From contig CBDBCF010000002.1 in assembly GCA_965202985.1 (NCBI GenBank), forward strand, positions 1-64,000: a stretch of DNA of 64,000 bases. The letters are read 5' to 3'. This stretch comes from Longimicrobiales bacterium. GTDB lineage: Bacteria; Gemmatimonadota; Gemmatimonadetes; Longimicrobiales; Gaopeijiaceae. The position numbers were made by a program, and so were the translations under genes. Below are positions 1-11,700 of this stretch, one piece after another (the stretch's first letter is position 1; each line of letters starts with the position of its first letter). Under the pieces are notes generated by a model. That model ran no database searches. It saw nothing but the letters and a program-made list of their open reading frames with translations, and was not told the DNA's origin.

Positions 1-3000
1 GTGCAGGGCGACACGATCAAGGTGTTGGTAGTGTTCAGCGAGTCGGTGGACGTGACGGGGGCGCCGCAGCTGGCGCTGGGGATCGACACGCTGACGCGAC
101 AGGCGAGCTACGTGTCGGGCACGGGGAACGATTCGTTGGCGTTCCACTACGTGCTGCCGGGGTCGTCGACGGACAGGGACGCGGACGGGTTGAGCATCGG
201 GGCGAGCGCGCTGACGCTGAACGGCGGGACGATCAGAAGGGCGGGGTCGGGCACGGTGAACGCGACGCTGGGTTTGGGGGCCCACGCGATCAGCAACGAC
301 AGGGACCACCAAGTTGCGCGCAGGCCGGCGATGGCCCCGATACATTTCCAGACGAACCCGGCGAGCGACCAGACGTTCGCGGCGGGTGAGAACATCGAGC
401 TGCGCATCACGTGGAACACCCGCGTGGACAAGCCGACGTGGCAGGGTATGAGGCTGGCGATCGAGATCGGCGCGGACACGGTGACGGCGATGCCGTACCA
501 GCAGAACCCTTGGGCGGTATGGTTTCGATACACGGTGACGAACGCCGACTTGGACGAGAACGGCATAAGCTTGCCGGAGAACGCGTTGACGAACATCGGC
601 AGCGTCACGCTCGAGGGGACGTTGGTCGAGGCGGACAACGATCTTTCAGCCGTGACTCTTGCTGATACGGCCACTCACAAGGTGAACGGCGCTAGGAACG
701 TGCCTCACGTGACGAGCACGTCGATTGCGAGCGATGCGGGGAGCGACAGCACGTATGCGCGTGGCGACGTGATCGAGATCGGCGTCGGGTTCAACGAGAA
801 CGTGGACGTGGGGGGCTCGCCGCGGTTGGCGATGACGGTCGGGACGGCGACGCGGCAAGCGGTCTACGCTTCGGGGACGGGCGGCGATTCGCTGGCGTTC
901 CGCTACGTGGTTGGGCCTGGGGACGTGGACGCGGACGGGATCAGCATCGGTTCGAGCGCGTTGACGTTGAACGGCGGGACGATTCGGCGGACTGGCGCCT
1001 TGGTGGACGCTTACCTGGGCTTGCGGGTCCACACGGTCGCCGCCGCCGGCGCGCACAAGGTGGACGGCGCGGCGGGGCCGCCGGCCGTGGTGGGGATGCC
1101 GATCGCGAGCGATGCGGGCACGGACAGCACGTATGCGGCGAACGACACGATAGAAGTGGCGGTGGTGTTCAACGAGAGCGTGGACGTGGGGGGTACGCCG
1201 CGTCTGGCGCTGGGGATCGGTCTGCGGACGCGTCGGGCGAGCTACGCGGGCGGCACGGGGACGGATTCGCTGACGTTCCGGTACGTGGTGGCGAGCGGCG
1301 ACGCGGACTCGGACGGGTTGAGCATCGGGGCGAGCGCTTTGGCTCTGAACGGGGGTACGATCAAGCGGGCGGGGGACGCGACGGTGGACGCTGCGCTGTC
1401 GACGGCGAACTTCGTTGTGGCGAACGCGGCGGCCCACAAGGTACTGGGCTCGGGCGCGACGATCGTGACGGGCACGTCGTTCGCGAGCGACGCGGGCACC
1501 GACAGCATCTACGTGGAAGGGGACACGGTCGCGGTGGAAGTCGTGTTCAACCAGGCGGTGGACGTGACGGGTACGCCGCAGCTGGCGCTGGTGCTGAGCG
1601 CGGTGGTGCAGGCGAGCTACGTGTCGGGGACGGGCACCGCCACGCTGAGGTTCAACTACGTCGTGGCGTCGGGAGACTCGGACACGAACGGGATCAGCTA
1701 CGGGCGGGACGCGCTGACGCTGAACGGCGGCACGATCAGAAGGGCGGGCACGGCGACGGACGCGTACCTGAGCTTGTGGACTCACGTCGCGACGGACGAC
1801 AGGTCCCACCGCGTGTGGGAAGTGCCGAAAGTGAGCAGCGTTTCGATTCCCACCGGCGCGGGCGCCGACCAGACGTGGGCGAGCGGCGAGATCATCGACT
1901 TCTTCACGGTGTTCGATCGGGGCATAGCGGCGTCGGTCACGGCGTCGTCGGCCATATACCTCACGATCGGGGAGGATGTCCGCGCGGGCTACATACACAA
2001 CGTGAACACTGGCACCCGGACTTTGCACTGGCGGTACGTTCCGACGCTGGCCGACCTGGACGCGGACGGGCTCAGCGTGGACAGCGTCGCGCTTGGCGGC
2101 AGCGACTACGTCAGGACGGCCGGAGCGCCGGCGGGCGCGGCGAACGCCTTCTTGGAGTTCACGCCGATCGCGAACGCTTCGGCGCACAAGGTGAACGGCG
2201 CTCAGGCGGTGCCTCACGCGACGGGCACGGCGATTGCGAGCGACGCTGGGGGCGACGACACGTATGCGCTGGGCGACACCGTCGAGGTCGGGCTGGTGTT
2301 CAACGAGAACGTGGACGTGACGGGGACGCCGCAGCTGGCTTTGGGGATCGGGTCGGCGACGAAGCAGGCGAGCTACGTGTCGGGGACGGGCGGCGATTCG
2401 CTGGTGTTCCGTTACGTGGTGGCGGCTGGGGACGCGGACAGCGACGGGATCAGCATCGGCGCGGGCGCGCTGGCGCTGAACGGCGGGACGGTCAGGCGGG
2501 CGGGGTCGGCGACGGTGAACGCCTACCTGGGCTTGCGGGTCCACGTGGTCGCGAACGCTTCGGCGCACAAGGTGGACGGCAGCCTGGGGCCGCCGGGCGT
2601 TGCGGGGTTGGCGATCGGCTCGCCGGAGGTGGGCGACACGTTCGAGCGCGGCGAGACGATCGAGGTCAAGGTCGTGTTCAACAAGTCGGTGGACGTGACG
2701 GGCACGCCGCGGCTGGCTTTGGGGATCGGGAGCGCGACGAAGCAGGCGGACTACGCCGCGGGCACGGGCACGGACACGCTGGTGTTCCGGTACGTGGTGG
2801 TGACGGCGGACGTGGACGCGGACGGATTGAGCATCGGGTCGGGCGCTTTGGCGCTGAACGGCGGTACGGTCCGTGTGTCGGGCGGGACGACGGACGCGTT
2901 GCTGGGTTTGGGCGCGCACGCGGTCGCGAACAGCACGGGCCACAAGGTTGCGGGCGGGACGTTCACGGCGTCGGCGCCGAGCGGCGTGGCGATCGCGAGC

Positions 3001-6000
3001 GCACCGTCGAGCGACAGCACGTACGGACGTACGGAGGTGATCGAGGTCGAGGTGTCGTTCACGCGCCCGGTGGACGTGACGGGCACGCCGCAGCTGGCTT
3101 TGGGGATCGACACGCTGACGCGGCAGGCGTCGTACGCGAGCGGGAGCGGCACGAACACGCTGGCGTTCCACTACACGGTGGTGGCGGCGGACGCGGACTC
3201 GACGGGTATCAGCGTCGGTGCGAGCGCGCTGACGCTGAACAGCGGAACGATCAACGACGCTCGCGACGGTTCGACGGCGGCGGGCCTGGGGCTGGGCAGC
3301 CACGCGATAGCGAACGCTGCGGCGCACAAGGTGGACGGCAGCTTGGGACCGCCGACCGTCAGCGGCGTGTCGCTCGGGAACGATCCGTACAACACGGAGT
3401 ACGAGCGGGGCGAGCGGATCGAGGTCCGCGTCCAGTTTCATCGGGCGGTGGACGTGACGGGGACGCCGCAGCTGGCGCTGGGGATCGGGAGCGCGACGCG
3501 TCAGGCGAGCTACGTGAGCGGGACGGGCACGACGACGCTCCTGTTCCGCTACACGGTGGTGCAGTCGGACAGCGACACGGACGGGATCAGCATCGCAGCG
3601 AGCGCGCTGACGCTGAACGGCGGCGCGATCCGGCTGTCGGGCGCGACGGTGGACGCGCTTCTGGGGCTGGGTTCGCACGCGGTCGCGAACAACAGTGGCC
3701 ACCGGGTGGACGGCTCGAGTTTCACGACGCCGCACGTGACGGGCTTCCATGTCCAGAGCACGCCGGCGAGCAGTCAGACGTACCAGCTTGGAGAGCGGAT
3801 CGAGGTGACGGTGGGGTTCGCGCGGGCGGTGGACGTGACGGGCGCGCCGCAGTTTGCGCTGGGGATCGGTTCGCAGACGCGGCAGGCGGAGTACGCTTCG
3901 GGTACGGGCACGAGGGATCTGGTGTTCGTCTATGCGGTGCAGGCAGCGGACGTGGACGCGGACGGGTTGAGCGTCGGCGGGAGCGCGTTGACGCTGAACG
4001 GCGGCACGATCAACGACGCTCGGGTGGGCGGGTCGGCTGTGTTTCTGACCACCTCCGGCGACGCGTTCAGCAACGACGCGAACCACAAGGTGAACGGCGG
4101 CATCGGCGCGCCGAGCGTGAGCGGCTTGGTCGTCGCGTCGCCGCCCGTGGGCGACGCCTTCGAGCGAGGCGACGTGGTGGCGGCGACGGTCGAGTTCAAC
4201 GCGGCGGTGACGGTGACGGGCACGCCGCAGCTGGCGTTGGGGATCGGAGCGGTGACGCGGCAGGCGAGCTACGCGTCGGGGACGGGCACGTCGTCGCTGG
4301 TGTTCCGCTACACGGTGGTTCAGGCGGACGCGGACGCGGACGGGTTGAGCGTGGGCGCGAGCGCGCTGGCGCTGAACGGCGGGACGGTCCGGCGGACGGG
4401 CACGACGACGAACGCGGTCTTGGGGCTGGGCGGCCACGCGGTGACGAACAGCGCGGGCCACAAGGTGTCGGGCGCGACGCTCACGGCGTCGTCGCCGAGC
4501 GGGCTGGCGATAACGAGCAGTCCGGTGGTAGGCGACACGTACGTGCAGGGCGACACGATCGCGGTGGAGGTGTCGTTCGTGCGGCCGGTGACGGCGACGG
4601 GGACGCCGCAGCTGGCGCTGGCGATCGGCGACTCGACGCGACAGGCGGGCTACTCGAGCGGCAGCGGCACGAGCACGTTGGAGTTCCGGTACGTGGTGGC
4701 GGCGTCGGACGCGGACGCGGACGGGATCGGCATCGGGTCGGGGGCGCTGGCGCTGAACGGCGGCACGATCGTGGACGCTCGGGACGGATCGACGGCGGCG
4801 GGTCTGGGTCTGGGTAGCCACGCGATCGCGAGCGCTTCGGGGCACAAGGTTGCGGGCGCCGTGCCGTACGTGACGAGCGCGTTCTTCCTGTCGGCGACGA
4901 ACGCGGGGCTGTCGTACGCGAGCACGGACAGCGTGTTCGGACTGGGCGACCAGATTCGGGTGGGGGTCGGGTTCAACGCGGGCGTGACGGCGACGGGCAC
5001 GCCGCGGCTGGCGTTGGGGATCGGCGCGCAGACGCGGAGCGCTGCGCAGTGCGGCACGACAGGGGGCGGCGTCATCCTGGTGTTCTGCTACACGGTGGTT
5101 GCTGCGGACGCGGACTCGACGGGGATCAGCATCGGGGCGAGCGCGCTGACGTTGCCGGGCGGCGCGACGATTCGAGCGACGGGGACGACGACGGACGCTC
5201 GGCTGTCGCTGGTTCCGTGGAACTTCGCGGACGCGGTGGCGTACCAGGTGGACGGGAGCAAGGAGGTGGCGCCGGGCGTGGCGGGCGTGGCGATATCGAG
5301 CGCGCCGGCGAGCGACAGCACGTACGGACGCACGGAGGCGATCGAGGTCGAGGTCGAGTTCGAGCGTTCGGTGGACGTGACGGGGGCGCCGCAGCTGGCG
5401 TTGTCGATCGACACGCTGACGCGTCAGGCGTCGTACGCGAGCGGGGGAGGTACGAGAACTCTGACGTTCCGCTACGTGGTGGCGGCTGTGGACGCGGATT
5501 CGACGGGGATCAGCGTCGGCGCGAGCGCGCTGACGCTGAACGGCGGTGCGATCGTGCTTTCGGGCGGCACGACGGCGGCGACGTTGGGGCTGGGCACGCA
5601 CGCGATAACGAACGCTGCGGCGCACAAGGTGAACGGGAGCCTGGGACCGCCGGGCGTGACGGGACTGGCGATCGGTTCTCCCGTGGTTGGCGACGTGTTC
5701 GAGCGTGGCGAGACGATCGAGGTCGAACTGGAGTTCAACCGCGCGGTGGACGTGACGGGCACGCCGCGGCTCGCACTGACGATCGGTTCGGCGACCAGGC
5801 AGGCGAGCTACGCGAGCGGGACGGGGACGACGGGGCTGGTGTTCCGGTACGTGGTGGCGTCGGGCGACGCGGACGCGGACGGATTGAGCATCGGGTCGGG
5901 CGCGTTGACGTTGAGCGGCGGTACGATCCGTCTGGCTGGCGGGACGCTGGACGCGACGTTGGGGCTGGGCACGGGCGTGGTGGTGACGAACAGCGGCGGC

Positions 6001-8780
6001 CACCAGGTGTCCGGCAGTACGTTCACGGTGCCGGCAGTGACTGCGGTGACGGTGTCGAGCGCTCCGGCGAGCGGTCAGACGTACCAGTTGGGCGAGTCGA
6101 TCGAGGTGAAGGTGGCGTTCGGGCGACCGGTGGCGGTGACGGGCGCGCCGCGGCTGGCGCTGACGATCGGGACCACGACGCGACAGGCCGGCTACGATGC
6201 CGCTTCGAGCAAGGCGGACACGCTGGTGTTCGGTTACGCGGTTCGTCCTTCGGACGCGGACGCGGACGGGCTCGGCATCGCAGCGAGCGCGCTGACGCTG
6301 AGCGGCGGGACGATCGCCGACGTGCGTCCGGGCGCGGTTGCGGCTGCGCTGGACTTGGGATCGAGCGCGGTGACGAACGACGCCTCGCACAAGGTGAACG
6401 GCGGGCTGGGTCCGCCGGGCGTGACGGGCCTGACGGTGGCGTCGCCGCCGACGGGCACGACGTTCGAGCGCGGCGACACGATCGTTGCGACGGTGACGTT
6501 CAACAAGTCGGTGGACGTGACGGGCACGCCGCGGCTGGCTTTGGGGATTGGTTCGCAGACGCGTCAGGCTGCGTATGCGTCGGGGACGGGCACGGCGTCG
6601 TTGGTGTTCCGGTACGTGGTGGCGACGGCGGACGCGGACGCGAACGGGTTGAGCATCGGCGCGAACGCGTTGGCGCTGAACGGCGGGACGATCGACGTTG
6701 CGGGCGGTACGACGGACGCATTGCTGAGCCTGGAGCACTACGCATTCGGCAATGCGAGCAACATGCTCGTAGCGGGCGGGACGTTCACGGCGGCGTCGGT
6801 GTCGGGCGTGACGATATCGAGCAGCCCGGCGGGCGGCGGCACGTACGGATTGAGCGAGGAGATCGGCGTCGAGGTGACGTTCAACCGCAACGTGGCGGTG
6901 ACGGGCTCGCCCGAGTTGGCGCTGACGATCGGTTCGCAGACGCGGCAGGCGTCGTACGTGGCGACGACGGGCGGCCGCGTGCTGTCGTTCGCCTACACGG
7001 TGGTTGCAGCGGACGCGGACGGGAACGGGTTGAGCATCGGCGCGAGCGCGTTGTCGCTGAACGGCGGCACGATCGCGGACGCGCGCGACGCGAACGAGGC
7101 TGCGAGCCTCGGACTGGGCTCTCACGCGATATCGAACGCGGGCAGCCATCGGGTGGACGGCACTCAGGGACCGCCGGGCGTGAGCGGCGTGTCGATCGCG
7201 TCGCCGCCGATCGGCGACACGTTCGAGCGAGGCGACACGGTGGTTGCGACGATCGTGTTCAACAAGGCGGTGGACGTGACGGGCACGCCGCAGCTGGCGT
7301 TGGGGATCGGCAGCACGACGAAGCAGGCGAGCTACGCGAGCGGCACGGGCACGGCGTCGTTGGTGTTCCGGTACGTGGTGGTGACTGCGGACGCGGACGC
7401 GGACGGCATCAGCATCGGCGCGACCGCGTTGGCGCTGAACGGCGGGACGATCGACGTGGCGGGCGGCACGGTGGACGCGGTTCTGGGGCTGGGGACGCAC
7501 GCGGTGACGAACAGCGCGGGCCACAAGGTCGCGGGCGGCACGTTCACGGCGGCGTCGGTGTCTGGCGTGGCGCTGACGAGTTCGCCTGCGGTGGCGACGA
7601 CGTACGGCCGCGACGAGCGGATCGAGGTTCAGGTGACGTTCAACCGTCGCGTGGCGGTGACGGGCACGCCGCAGGTGGCGCTGACGGTGGGCGCGCAGAC
7701 GCGGCAGGCGGACTACGCGAGCGGGACGGGCACGCGGGCGCTGACGTTCCGGTACGTGGTGGTGGCTGCGGACGCGGACGCCGACGGGATCGAGGTGGGC
7801 GCGAGCGCGCTGGCGCTGAACAGCGGGACGATCGCCGATGCTCGCGACGGCTCGACTGCGGCGAGCCTGGGGCTGGGCAGTCATGCGTTGAGCGCCGCTG
7901 CGGGCCACAAGGTGGCCGGTACGCTGGCGGGCGCGTCGGTGACGGGCGTTGCGGTGTCGAGCACGCCGGACAGCGCGGACACGTACGGCCTGGGCGAGCG
8001 GATCGAGGTCGAGGTGACGTTCGACCGCGCGGTGACGGTGACGGGCGCGCCCGAGCTGGCGCTGACGGTGGGCGCGGTTGCGCGGCAAGCGGGCTACGCG
8101 GGCGGCAGCGGCACGGCGACGCTGTCGTTCGCGTACCGCGTGCGTGGCGCGGGCAGTGGCGGCAGCGGTACGGGCGGCGTGGACGCTGACGCGGACGGCA
8201 TCGGCGTGGCGGCTGCTGCGCTGACGCTGAACGGCGGTACGATCGTGAACACGGCGGACGGCGTTCGTCCGGCGACGCTGGCGCTGGGCGCGCATGCGAT
8301 CGCGGCTGCTGCGAACGACAAGGTGGACGGCACGGTCGAGGTCGCGCCGGTCGTGGTGGGCGTGGCGGTGACGAGCGAGCCGGTGGCGACGGGACTGTAC
8401 GGCGCGGGCGGCGTGATCCGTGTCGAGGTGACGTTCAGCCGGCCCGTCGATGTGGCGGGCGCGTCGTCGTCGCCGGCGCTGGCGGCGTCGATGTCGGCCG
8501 CGGCGGCCGCGAACACGGCTGCGGCGCGACTGGCGATCGACGTGGGCGGCACGACGCGGCACGCGCGCTACGTGTCGGGCTCGGGCACTGCGGTGCTGGC
8601 GTTCGAGTACGTGGTCCGGCCTGCGGACCGGGACCCGGACGGGATCAGCATCCCGGCGGACGCGCTGGCCGAGGCTGCGGGCGCGCTGCGGATCGCGGGC
8701 GGCACGACGCTCGCGGCGCTGGACCTGGGCGCGCACGCGGTGACGGACTTGACGGGCCACGCGGTGAACGGCGCGGGCAG
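1..8780 (+). repeat. Intragenic tandem ~375-bp Ig-like domain repeats (~23 units)
   Basis: Recurring blocks such as gtggacgtgacggg(c/g)acgccgc and gcgctgaacggcgg at ~370-400 bp spacing. Confidence 0.85.
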
Positions 8781-11700
8781 CCTGGACCCGGTGTTCGGTC
8801 GGTTGGAGTACGAGTTCGAGTTGGCGGAGAACGTTGCGGGCCCGCTGCCGGTGGGCGAGGTGGTCGCGACGAGTCCGTTGGGCGCCGAGATGCGCTACGG
8901 GTTGGAGAGCGGAGGCGAGGGGCTGTTCGAGGTGGACGTGTCGAGCGGCGTGGTGACTTACGTTGGCGGAGGCGAGGACGCGGAGCAGCGTTCGGAGTAC
9001 GTGATGCTGGTGGTGGCGGTGACGGGCGGCGTGGGCGAAAGCGAGCAGCTCGAGACGACGGCGAAGGTGACGGTGAAGGTCGTGAACGAGAACGACGAGG
9101 CGCCGTCGTTCGTCGAGGAGCGTTGGGCGTTCGAGCTGGCGGAGGACGTTGCGGGTCCCTTGGCTCTGGGCGTGTTGGAGGCTGTGGACTTGGACGAGGG
9201 CGACACGCTGACCTACGCGCTGGTGGCGGGCGATCGCGAGCGGTTCGAGCTGGACGGGCAGACGGGCGAGTTGCGGTACGTGGGCGCAGGCGAGGACTAC
9301 GAGGCCGGCGCGGGGCCGTGGGTGTTGGAGGCGACGGCGACGGACTTGCTGGGCCGTACGGCGCGGACGACGGCGACGGTGGTGGTTGCGGACGTGAACG
9401 AGCCGCCGGCGTTCGCGGACTCCGCATATGCGTTCGAGTTGGCCGAGAACGTGGCGGGACCGCTGGTGCTGGGCGCGGTGCGTGCGACGGACCCGGACCG
9501 GGACGACCCGCCGGCGTACAGCCTGGCCGAAGGCGACGCCGAGCGGTTCGAGGTGGACGCCGTTACGGGCGAGGTGCGGTACGTGGGCGCAGGCGAGGAC
9601 GCGGAGACGGGCCCGGAGAGCTGGGCGCTCGAGGTCCGGGCGACCGACCGCGGCGGCGTCGCGGTTGTTGCGAGCGTGACGGTGGCGCTGCTGGACCGCA
9701 ACGAGGCGCCCGTGTTCGCTGCGGAGCGCTACGAGTGGGAGTTCGAGGAGAACGTCGCCGGACCGTTGGTTCTGGGGATGGTCGAGGCGGCGGACCCGGA
9801 CCGAGCGGACACGCTCGTGTACAGCCTGTCGGGCGAAGCCGCGGCGCTCTTCGAGGTGGACGCCGGCACGGGCGAGGTGCGGTACGCGGGCGAAGGCGAG
9901 GACTACGAGGCGGGCCCGGCGTCCTGGGAGTTCGAGGTGGTGGCGACCGACGGCGAGGGGATGGCGGCGCGCGCGGTTGCGACGGTCGCGCTGCTGGACG
10001 TGAACGAAGCGCCGTCGTTCGCAGACTCGGCGTACGCTTTCGAGCTGGCGGAGAACGCTGCCGGGCCGCTGATGCTGGGCATGGTCGAAGCGATCGACCC
10101 GGACCGCGGCGACGCGCCGGCGTACAGCCTGGCCGAAGGCGATGCCGCGCGGTTCGAGGTGGACGCTGGGACGGGCGAGGTGCGCTACGTGGGGAGCGGC
10201 GAAGACTACGAGCAAGGTCCGCCGACGTTCGCGCTGACGGTGCGGGCGACGGACGCGGGCGGACTGACGGCCGAAGCGAGCGTGTCGGTGACGCTGCTGG
10301 ACGTGAACGAGGGTCCGGAGGCGGTGGGCGCGATGTCGCCGAAGACGCTCGAAGCGTACGGCGCCGCTGTGGAAGAGGAGTTGGCGCAGTACTTCCGGGA
10401 CCCGGACGGCGACGCGCTGACGTACGCGGTCGAGTCGTCGGCGCCGGCCGTGGCGGATGCGACGGTGACGGGCGCGGGCCGGTTGTCGATCGCGCCGCAG
10501 GCGATCGGCGAAGCTGTGGTGACGGTACGAGCGAGCGATCCGGGCGGGTTGTCGGCGGTGCAGCAGGTGCGCGTGACGGTGGAGGCGTCGCGGTCGGAGC
10601 GCGCGCGTGCGTTGGAGCTGACGCTGGCGGCGTTCGGCCGGTCGCTGGGCACGGAGACGGTGGATGCGATCGGCGGGCGGCTGGGGCTGGGGTCGTCGGG
10701 CGCGCTGGGCCGGTCGCACGTGCAGCTCGGCGGCCGGTCGCTGGCCTGCGGCGCGCCGGGCGCCGGGTCGGGCGGCTTCGGCGGCGGCGTCCCCGGCGTT
10801 GCGAGCGCGGCGCGTGACCAGACCGACGGCAGCGTTGCGGCTTCGGCGGACGGCCGGACCGACGGCGACGCTGCGAACGCGGTGCACGAACAGGCCGACG
10901 CCGGCGAGGGCCATGCCGAAGGCGGCGACGACAGCGGTGCCGCTGGCATCGGCGGCTCGGACCATTGCGGGCTCGAATCGCTGGTGCGGGGCGCGACGGG
11001 CCTGCTGGGGTTGCAGATCGCGCACCCCGGCTCGGCCGACGCGGCCGGCGGAACCGTCGACTTGGCCGCGCTGCTGTTCGGCGACGGCCGTGGCGGTGCA
11101 TTCGGTCAACCGACAGCGGGCGGCGCAGGCGGCATGGGCGGCATGGGCGGCGCCTACCAGGGCCGTCAGCAACCCGAAGCCGGGCGCGCCGACCGCACCG
11201 GCGGCCTGACGTTCAACCCCGTCGACGCCCGCGGCCTGCGCTCGCAGAGTTCGTTCCAGCTGGCGTTCGGCGGCTCGGACGGTTCGGCGTCCGGCGCAGC
11301 CTCCGTCTCTTCGCAGGCTGCTGTCCGGTCGGGCTGGACGGTGTGGGGCCAGGCGAACCTGGGCGAGTTCGAGGGCCGTCCCCAAGACGACTTCGCCATG
11401 GACGGCCGCACGCGCTCCGCCTACCTGGGGCTCGACTACCGGTTCGGCTCCGGGTTCCTCATGGGGCTTGCGGGCTCGCGCAGCGACATGGAGGCCGGCT
11501 TCGACAGCCGCATCAACGGCGCGGGCTCGGTGGACGCTCGCCTGACCAGCCTGTACCCCTACCTGCACTGGTCGTCCGGCGGCGGCTTCGGCGTGTGGGG
11601 CTTGGCGGGCGCGGGCCGCGGCGACGCGACGCTCGAGGAGTCGGCGGGCGGCCGTTTCGACACCGACTTGGAGATGCGCATGGGCGCGCTGGGCGTGCGC

